This document shows, piece by piece, positions 29,427 to 38,260 of a stretch of 64,000 nucleotides of DNA. Each line of letters starts with the position of its first letter. Positions within the stretch are counted from its first letter, which is position 1. The position numbers and the translations under genes were made by a program. The notes below the pieces were generated by a model, which searched no databases, was not told where the DNA came from, and saw only the letters and a list, made by a program, of their open reading frames with translations. Source of the DNA: Candidatus Eiseniibacteriota bacterium (GTDB lineage Bacteria > Eisenbacteria > RBG-16-71-46); the NCBI GenBank assembly GCA_044223005.1, contig JBGAML010000004.1:232920-296919 (forward strand), in the 5' to 3' direction.

Positions 29427-31943
29427 ATGATGCGGCTCACGCCCCCTCCGGGGGCGCGGGGTGGCGCGGGAATCCTGGGCGCGATCGTCGCCCTCACGGG
29501 ACTGACGGGCATCTTCGGACTGCTCGTCGGGTCCGTCATACCCGCCGCACGCGCGGCGATCGTCCCGCCGCCCTTCGACGCGGAGTTCGGGTTCCTGCTC
29601 GCAGGGCTTTCGCTCGCATTCCTCGCCGGCAGGCATCGCCGGTCCGCGTTCGTCTGCGCCATGCTCCTCACGCTCATCGCGGCGCTCGCGTGCCTCGAGT
29701 TCTTCGCGCGCGTGGTGCTGGGTTGGGATCCGGCGGCGCTCGGCCCGCTCCGCGGCGTGACGCTCGCGCTCTGGCGCATGCCTCCTCCCGCGGTGGTCGC
29801 GTTCTTCGGGCTCGGCATCCTGCTCCTGCTGTCCGCGAGTTCCCGCTGGCCGCAACGCGCCTCGGTCGCGGGCCTCGGGGCCAGTGTCCTCGTCGCGCTC
29901 GCGGGGCTGGTGCTCGTGGATCGCTGGATCGGGCTGATCGACATGCACGGAGCGGAACTCCTGGGCGAGCTGCCCGCCGGGGTCTACCTCCAGTTCGTGC
30001 TGCTCGGCGTCGCCACCGTGCTCTGGGCGACCGGCGAGCACGATCCCGCGCGCGGCGCCATGGCCTGGTGGCATCCGCTGGCGCTCGGGATCTGCACCAT
30101 CCTTCCACTCCTCGGACTCTGGTACGGACTCCGCCAGCAGGAGTTCGCGCTGGTCGCACGAACCAACCGGCTCGCGGCGGCGGAACTCGCGGCGCGTTGC
30201 CAGACCGAGGTCGACGGTCACGTCCGCGCGATGCTGCGCCAGGCCACGCGCTGGAGCCTGCGGCGTCCGACGCAGCGCGAGTGGGAAACGAACGCCCAGC
30301 TGTACATCGGCGGGCACGTGTCGCCGACGGCGCTCGCCGTGGTCGAGACCACCGGCGTCCTGCGCTGGCGTGTGAAGGACGGCGACCTGGCGCCCGAGGA
30401 CCTGCGCTGGGTGATCGAGGACGACGTCCGCCTCCGCCGCGCGCAGGGCGCGCCCACGCGCATCGAGGCGCGCTTCGTCGGCCCCGCGCGACTGGGGAGC
30501 GGCGACATCGGTTTCCACGTCGTGGTGCCGCTCGAGGAGTCGGGGCGTGTCGCCGCGTACCAGGTGGGCTCGTTCGACCTGCAGCGTTTCGTCGACCGGC
30601 TCTCGCCCGAGATGCTCGACCACTACGCGATCGAGCTGCTCGAAGGTGGCCGGCCAGCCATCCGGCGCGGCGCCGCGGTCACGAGCACCTGGCCGCCGGC
30701 GGCGGTGCCGCTCGACATCGGGCCGATGCGGTGGACGCTGCGGCTGTTCCCGCGACAGGGCCCCAATACGGCGCTGTCGTGGGTGTTCGCCGCGTTCGCG
30801 GTCGTGCTGTCGGTGTTGCTCGCGTGGCTCGTACGCCAGGGATACGAGGCCTACCGCCGATCGCGGCAGTTCGAGCGCATTCTCGATGCGTCACAGGTCG
30901 GGTTGCTGCTGCTCGATCTCGAAGGCCGGATCCTCCAGGTGAACTCGACGTCCTGCGAGCTGTTCGGATACGCCCCGGAGGAACTGCTCGACCGCACGGT
31001 CGAAGCACTGGTGCCCGAAGCCGTGCGTGATCGTCACTTGGGCCTGCGCCAGGCGTTCACCGAACGGAGCGGATCGGCCATGCGGGGCAACATCGAAGTC
31101 ACGGCGCAGCGCCGGGACGGTTCGACGTTCGTCGCCGACGTCGGCCTGAGCACGGTGCACCTGGACCGCGGGCGCTGCGTGCTGGCGATCGTGCGCGACA
31201 TCTCCGAGCGCGCCGAGGCCCAGCGGGAGCTCCGCCTGCGTACCGAAGAGCTGGCGCGCTCGAATCGCGATCTCGAGCAGTTCGCCTACATCGCGTCGCA
31301 CGACCTCCGCGCGCCCCTGCGCGCCGTGGACCATCTCGGCCAGTGGCTGATCGAGGACCTCGACGAGCACATGACCGACGAGCAGCGCCAGAACGGCGAG
31401 CTCCTGCGCCAGCGCGTCCAGCGCATGGACCGCCTGCTCACCGACCTGCTCGACTACGCCCGCGTCACCCAGGTCCGACGCGCCGCGGAGCCCGTCGATC
31501 TCGACAGCCTCGTGCACGACGCCGCGTCCATGCTCGAGTGGCCCGCGGCCTTCGAGTTCCGGCTCGCGCCGGGCCTGCCCCGGATCGTCACCGACCGCGT
31601 GGCGCTGCAGCTGGTGTTCTCCAACCTGCTCGGCAACGCCCTCAAGCACCACGATCGCGCGTCGGGCTGCATCGAGGTCGGCGCGCGGGATCGGGATCGC
31701 CACGTCGAGTTCTTCGTCCGCGACGACGGACCCGGTATTCCCCCGCAGTACCAGGCGAAGGCGTTCGAGATGTTCCAGACGCTGCGACCTCGCGACGAGG
31801 TCGAAGGCAGCGGCATGGGTCTCGCTCTCGTCAAACGCCTCGTCGAGTTCCACGGTGGCACAGTCCAGATCGAATCGGTGGGGCGCGGCACGACCGTGCG
31901 CTTCACCTGGCCAAAGACATGGAAGGAGCCCGCACACGCATGA
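29427..31943 (+). CDS. Multi-TM PAS sensor histidine kinase
   Basis: TM helices, PAS, H-box FAYIASHDLRAPL, NLLGNALKH, DDGPGI, GSGMGL. Confidence 0.93.
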   Translation: MMRLTPPPGARGGAGILGAIVALTGLTGIFGLLVGSVIPAARAAIVPPPFDAEFGFLLAGLSLAFLAGRHRRSAFVCAMLLTLIAALACLEFFARVVLGWDPAALGPLRGVTLALWRMPPPAVVAFFGLGILLLLSASSRWPQRASVAGLGASVLVALAGLVLVDRWIGLIDMHGAELLGELPAGVYLQFVLLGVATVLWATGEHDPARGAMAWWHPLALGICTILPLLGLWYGLRQQEFALVARTNRLAAAELAARCQTEVDGHVRAMLRQATRWSLRRPTQREWETNAQLYIGGHVSPTALAVVETTGVLRWRVKDGDLAPEDLRWVIEDDVRLRRAQGAPTRIEARFVGPARLGSGDIGFHVVVPLEESGRVAAYQVGSFDLQRFVDRLSPEMLDHYAIELLEGGRPAIRRGAAVTSTWPPAAVPLDIGPMRWTLRLFPRQGPNTALSWVFAAFAVVLSVLLAWLVRQGYEAYRRSRQFERILDASQVGLLLLDLEGRILQVNSTSCELFGYAPEELLDRTVEALVPEAVRDRHLGLRQAFTERSGSAMRGNIEVTAQRRDGSTFVADVGLSTVHLDRGRCVLAIVRDISERAEAQRELRLRTEELARSNRDLEQFAYIASHDLRAPLRAVDHLGQWLIEDLDEHMTDEQRQNGELLRQRVQRMDRLLTDLLDYARVTQVRRAAEPVDLDSLVHDAASMLEWPAAFEFRLAPGLPRIVTDRVALQLVFSNLLGNALKHHDRASGCIEVGARDRDRHVEFFVRDDGPGIPPQYQAKAFEMFQTLRPRDEVEGSGMGLALVKRLVEFHGGTVQIESVGRGTTVRFTWPKTWKEPAHA

Positions 31944-32368
31944 ACACGAAGCCCGTGCAGATCCTGCTCGTCGACGATGACGAGGTCGACGTCATGGCGG
32001 TGCAACGAGCGTTTCGCGAGCGACGCGTGCTGAACCCCATCACCGTCGCACGCGACGGCGTCGAAGCACTGGAGATCCTGAGGAGCCACAACCAGCCGGG
32101 CGGGCTGCCGCGACCCCTGGTCGTGCTGCTCGACCTCAAGATGCCGCGCATGGACGGCCTCGAGCTGCTGGCGGCGATGCGCGACGATCCGCGCCTGCGG
32201 GACGTCACGGTCTTCGTGCTGACGACGTCGAAGCACGACGAGGACATCGCGGCCGCGTACCACCGTCACATCGCGGGCTACGTGCTCAAGTCGAACGCCG
32301 GGCGGGACTTCATGAGCCTGATCGACCTGCTCGACGCCTACTGGCGCGTGGTCGAGATGCCGTCCTGA
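31940..32368 (+). CDS. Single-domain response regulator (Rcp1-like)
   Basis: ATGA overlap; ILLVDDD, LLDLKMPRMDG, VLTTS, YW near the C-terminus. Confidence 0.92.
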   Translation: MNTKPVQILLVDDDEVDVMAVQRAFRERRVLNPITVARDGVEALEILRSHNQPGGLPRPLVVLLDLKMPRMDGLELLAAMRDDPRLRDVTVFVLTTSKHDEDIAAAYHRHIAGYVLKSNAGRDFMSLIDLLDAYWRVVEMPS

Positions 32369-32375
32369 CGCGGCG

Positions 32376-34088
32376 TCACGCCGCCGCGAGGTCGAGCCGC
32401 GCGTCGAGGTCGGTCGCCGTCAGGGCGTTGGACAGCAGGAAGCCCTGCAGGCGGTCGGCCCCGAGCCGGCAGGCCAGCTCGGCCTGCTCCTTCGTTTCGA
32501 CGCCCTCGACCACGCTCTCCAGTTCGAGGCTGCGCGCCATCGTGAGCACCGACATCAGCAGGCGCTGATCGCGATCGACCGTGGTCGCGCCGTGCAGCAG
32601 CGACTTGTCGATCTTCAGCACGCGGATCGGGAACAGCCGCAGGTGCGAGAGCGACGAGAACCCGGTACCGAAATCGTCGAGCGCGATGCTCGCTCCCATT
32701 TCGGCGAGGCTCTGCAGGACCTCGGACGCGCGCCCGTGGGCCTCGACGATCGCGTTCTCGGTGATCTCGAACTCGAGATCGCTGGCCTCGAGGTCGTTCT
32801 CCGCGAGCGCGGCCCGGACGATCCCGGGGAGCGCATCGTTGCGCAGCTGCGCGGCCGAGAGGTTCACGCAGGCCACGGGCCGGTAGCCGTTCGCGAGCGG
32901 TCGTGACCGCCACGCGCGCACGCGCCGGCAGGTCTCGTGCAGCACCCACGAGCCGATCGGCACGATCAGGCCGCTGTCCTCGGCGATGTCGAGGAACTCG
33001 GCGGGCGAGAGCAGGCCGCGCGTGGGATGCCGCCAGCGCAGCAGCGACTCGATCGCGACGATGTCGTCGCCGCGGCGATGGAACTGCGGCTGGTAGTAGA
33101 CCTCGAACGCGTCGCTCGCGAGCGCCGCGCGCAACTCGCGTTCGAGGGTGACGCGCCGGACGGCCTCGACGTTGAGGCTCTCGGAGTAGAACGAGATGCG
33201 ATTGCGTCCGGCGCGCTTCGATCGGTACATGGCGAGATCGGCGTGCTTCATGAGCTCGTCGGCGGTGCTCGCGCCCGACGGATAGCAGGCGACGCCGATG
33301 CTCACCGAGCAGTTCACGTCCACGGACTCGACGCGGATGGGACGTTCCAGCGCCGCGAGCAGCCGCTGGGCGAGGTGATGCGCCTGGGCCGCGGTGGCGA
33401 ACTCGTGCGCGAGCACCGCGAACTCGTCGCCGCCCAGCCGGCACAGCATGTCGCCGCCGCGCAGCGTGCCCTGGAGCCGGCGCGCGACCTCGGCGAGCAG
33501 CGTGTCCCCGGCGTCGTGGCCGTAGCTGTCGTTGATGTACTTGAAGTTGTCGATGTCCAGCAGCAGCAGTGCGAGCGGCCGGCCGTGGCGCTGGGCGAGC
33601 GGCATCGCCGCACGCAGGCTTTCGTCGAAGAAGCGCCGGTTCGCGAGCCCGGTGAGCGGGTCGTGCTGCGCGAGCGAGCGGATCTCCTCGTTGTTGCGCC
33701 GCAGTGTCTCCTCGAGCCGGAACCGCTGCTGCGCCTGGGTGAGCGCACGGTAGAGGTGCCGCGGGTCGAGGTCGTCCTTGAAGAGGTAGTCCTGCGCGCC
33801 TTCTTCGAGGCAGCGCACGGCGAGCCCCTCGTCGTCGAGGCCGCTCAGGATCAGCACGGCGCACTGCGTGCCCGGGCCGGAGCGCAGCTTGTGCAGCGCG
33901 TCCAGACCCTCGGCGTCCGGCAGACGATAGTCGAGCAGCACGGCATCGTAGTGATGCCGTGCGAACTCGGCGAGACCGTCCGATGCTGTCGCGCATTCCA
34001 CGATGTCGGACGCAGGGATGCGGCGCAGGAGTGCACGGCGTGCGTTGGCCCGATCGAAATCGTCGTCGTCGATCAGCAGGATACGCAT
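32376..34088 (-). CDS. REC-GGDEF-EAL diguanylate cyclase/phosphodiesterase
   Basis: ILLIDDD/LLDY, RGGD I-site plus GGDEF, ESL variant of EAL, DDFGTG, EGVE, QGF. Confidence 0.93.
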   Translation of the reverse strand: MRILLIDDDDFDRANARRALLRRIPASDIVECATASDGLAEFARHHYDAVLLDYRLPDAEGLDALHKLRSGPGTQCAVLILSGLDDEGLAVRCLEEGAQDYLFKDDLDPRHLYRALTQAQQRFRLEETLRRNNEEIRSLAQHDPLTGLANRRFFDESLRAAMPLAQRHGRPLALLLLDIDNFKYINDSYGHDAGDTLLAEVARRLQGTLRGGDMLCRLGGDEFAVLAHEFATAAQAHHLAQRLLAALERPIRVESVDVNCSVSIGVACYPSGASTADELMKHADLAMYRSKRAGRNRISFYSESLNVEAVRRVTLERELRAALASDAFEVYYQPQFHRRGDDIVAIESLLRWRHPTRGLLSPAEFLDIAEDSGLIVPIGSWVLHETCRRVRAWRSRPLANGYRPVACVNLSAAQLRNDALPGIVRAALAENDLEASDLEFEITENAIVEAHGRASEVLQSLAEMGASIALDDFGTGFSSLSHLRLFPIRVLKIDKSLLHGATTVDRDQRLLMSVLTMARSLELESVVEGVETKEQAELACRLGADRLQGFLLSNALTATDLDARLDLAAA

Positions 34089-34390
34089 GCGTTCCTCTGA
34101 GGTGTTTCCGAGGGCCGGCTCCTCAATTGTCGACGCGCAGGCCGGGGGCTTGAGATGGTCGGCTCAAGTTGTCAGGCTGGTTGCTCGCTCGCCGGGGAAG
34201 TCGCGCGGGGGTGCGGTATTGGCGCCGTACACGCGGTCGTATACTGGCGCCGTCCGCGGGCCGATCGGAGCTGCGAAGCGCTTCCGGCACGCGGAAGCCG
34301 GCCGGATCGGCCGCGCCACCGTGGCTCCCCACCGGCGAGGACCGTCATGCGGCAGCACGTCGTGAGTACGATCGCGCAGGCGTCCGTCGC

Positions 34391-35590
34391 ATGAGCGGAA
34401 CCGTCGCGGACGCGATCGTCGCCGGCGCCGGCCTCGTGGGGCTCGCCACCGCGCGCGCCCTGCAGCGCGCCGGCCGTCGCGACGTGCACGTACTCGAGGC
34501 CGCGAGCGACGTCGCCGCGCACCAGTCGGGGCGCAACAGCGGCGTCGTGCACTCGGGGCTCTATTACGCGCCCGGCTCGCGCAAGGCACGCCTCTGCGTC
34601 GACGGCCGGCTCGCGCTCGAGCGCTACGTGGCCGAACGCGACATCGCGTACGAACGCTGCGGCAAGCTCGTGGTCGCGACGCGCCCGGAGGAACTGCCGC
34701 GCCTCGCCGAGCTCGAACGCCGAGGCGCCGCCAACGGGCTCGAGGGGATCGAGCGGCTGGACGCCGCGGGCATCCGCGCGCGCGAGCCGCACGCCGCGGG
34801 GCTCGCCGGGCTGTGGGTGCCGCAGACCGGCGTCGTGGACTTCGTCGCGATGGCGCGCGCGCTGGCGGCCGACGTCGCGGCCGCGGGCGGCACGGTGGAG
34901 ACGGGCGTGCGCGTCCTCGCCGCGCGCCGCGAGGGCGAGACGCTCGTCGTGGCGACGTCGGCCGGCGAACGGCGCGCCCGCGCGCTCGTGGGTTGCGCGG
35001 GGCTGCACGCCGACCGGCTCGCGCGCGCGTGCGGGCTCGAGCCGGACGTGCGCATCGTGCCGTTCCGCGGCGAGTATCACGTGCTCGCCGAGGCGCGGCG
35101 TTCGCTCGTGCGCGGCCTCATCTATCCGGTGCCGGATCCGCGCTTCCCGTTCCTCGGCGTTCATTTCACGCGCCGGGTGAGTGGCGAGGTCGAGGCCGGG
35201 CCCAACGCGGTGCTCGCGTTCGCGCGCGAGGGCTATACGTGGGGCACGTTCGCGTGGCGCGATGTCGTCGAGACGCTCGCGTGGCCGGGCTTCCGCGCGC
35301 TCGCGGCGCGCCATGCCGCGTACGGTGCGGGGGAAATGCGCCGCTCGCTCGACCGCCGCGCGTTCGCCGAGGCGCTGCGCCGGCTGCTGCCCGAGCTGCG
35401 CGACGACGACCTGCGCCCCGCGCGCGCGGGCGTGCGCGCGCAGGCGCTCGCGCGCAGCGGGCTGCTGGTCGAGGACTTCGCGCTGGCCGAAACGCAGGGG
35501 CAGCTCCATGTCCTCAACGCGCCGTCCCCGGCGGCCACGGCGAGCCTGGCGATCGGGGAGTGGATCGCGGAACGGCTGGAACGGGCGTGA
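34391..35590 (+). CDS. lhgO: L-2-hydroxyglutarate oxidase
   Basis: GAGLVG, HQSGRNSGVVHSGLYY.PGS.KA, YPVPDP.FPFLGVHFT, NAPSPAATASL. Confidence 0.92.
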   Translation: MSGTVADAIVAGAGLVGLATARALQRAGRRDVHVLEAASDVAAHQSGRNSGVVHSGLYYAPGSRKARLCVDGRLALERYVAERDIAYERCGKLVVATRPEELPRLAELERRGAANGLEGIERLDAAGIRAREPHAAGLAGLWVPQTGVVDFVAMARALAADVAAAGGTVETGVRVLAARREGETLVVATSAGERRARALVGCAGLHADRLARACGLEPDVRIVPFRGEYHVLAEARRSLVRGLIYPVPDPRFPFLGVHFTRRVSGEVEAGPNAVLAFAREGYTWGTFAWRDVVETLAWPGFRALAARHAAYGAGEMRRSLDRRAFAEALRRLLPELRDDDLRPARAGVRAQALARSGLLVEDFALAETQGQLHVLNAPSPAATASLAIGEWIAERLERA

Positions 35591-35707
35591 TCTCCGCGAG
35601 TTCCGGCATTCCCGTGACCGGGGCCCGGCGTCGAGCCTTTCGCAGTCCTGAATCTCCCAGCCGATCGAGTACTCCAACCGGGTGACCTTCACAGGGAGAC
35701 AATCCAG

Positions 35708-36094
35708 ATGGCGACCCAGGAACTGACCGCGCAGACCTTCGAGAGCACCGTCGTCGAGAACCCGATCGTCCTCGTGGACTGGTGGGCGCCGTGGTGCGGC
35801 CCGTGCCGCACGTTCGGGCCGATCTACGAGCGCGTTTCCGAGAAGCACCCGGACATCACGTTCGCGAAGGTGAACACCGAGCAGGAGCAGGATCTCGCCG
35901 GGTCGTTCAACATCATGTCGATCCCGACGCTGATGGTCTTCCGCGAAAAGGTGCTGCTCTACTCGCAGCCCGGCATGCTGCCCGAGGAAGCGCTCGACGA
36001 CCTGATCCGCCAGGTGCGCGCGCTCGACATGGACGACATCCGGCGCCAGATCGAGGAGCAGCAGCGACAGGCGGGGAGTTCGACGAGCAACTGA
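35708..36094 (+). CDS. Thioredoxin
   Basis: WAPWCGPC, SIPTL. Confidence 0.93.
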   Translation: MATQELTAQTFESTVVENPIVLVDWWAPWCGPCRTFGPIYERVSEKHPDITFAKVNTEQEQDLAGSFNIMSIPTLMVFREKVLLYSQPGMLPEEALDDLIRQVRALDMDDIRRQIEEQQRQAGSSTSN

Positions 36095-36232
36095 GCGGGC
36101 CGGATTCCGGCCACGCGGATCATCGCGGCCGGTTTCGCTCGTTCTCGCGTCCGCGTCCGCGGCCGCGTGCGGCCCTCGCCGCGCGTCGCGGCGGCTGGTC
36201 CACGAACCAGGTGCACGCGCCGGGAAGCTCGC

Positions 36233-36256
36233 TCGCATGAAACCGATTTCATGCGA
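36233..36256. promoter_or_regulatory. Palindrome, candidate regulator site (TCGCATGAAA-CCGA-TTTCATGCGA)
   Basis: Perfect 10-bp arms in the intergenic region upstream of the gdhA promoter. Confidence 0.45.
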
Positions 36257-36516
36257 TTCCCGCCGAGATCACGCCCTGTCAGAAGCGCGGGCACCTGCCA
36301 GCTTGTCCGGCATGACGCGCGCAGGCGGATGCCTCGTGTGACCCGGAAGCGGCGCGCTTGCAGTCGCTTTGCCGGACCGTGACGTCCGGAACACGACGCG
36401 CGCCGAATGCCGAACCCCTTGTCCTTTCACGTCTACAAGCTGCCATCCCTACCGGTAGGATGCGCACGGGACTGCGATCCCGCACCGCGCACCGGGAAAC
36501 GTCCTCCGTGGCACGG

Positions 36517-36533
36517 TTGGCGCTCCGATTGCT
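36517..36533 (+). promoter_or_regulatory. Sigma54-type -24/-12 promoter of gdhA
   Basis: TTGGCGC-TCCGA-TTGCT matches TGGCAC-N5-TTGC spacing, about 43 nt before ATG 36577 (RBS GAAAGGAG). Confidence 0.6.
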
Positions 36534-36564
36534 GATCAGTTGGGACTTGTTTCGATCCCATTGA

Positions 36565-37986
<1,422 letters not shown>

Positions 37987-38014
37987 GCATCACGCATCAC
38001 GGTCGGGCAGCAAG

Positions 38015-38049
38015 CACGCGGGGCGGCGAACGATTCGCCGCCCCGCGTG
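38015..38049 (+). terminator. Hairpin terminator after gdhA
   Basis: 16-bp perfect stem CACGCGGGGCGGCGAA-CGA-TTCGCCGCCCCGCGTG, then ATATTT. Confidence 0.7.
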
Positions 38050-38260
38050 ATATTTCGGGGGCCGTTCCGGGGCACGCCACGAGGCACGCGCGCGTCGGCC
38101 ACGGCGGGCGTGCGACAGCCTCGCGCGGTCACCGGGAGACGCACGGCGCTTCGTTTCCATCGCGCGCTGGCCATGCGCCGGGCACGAGCCATCCCGCCGC
38201 GGGATCGTGCGCCCTTCGACCACCTTCCGCTCTTCGCGCGCGTGGGCGAAGATGCGTCTC

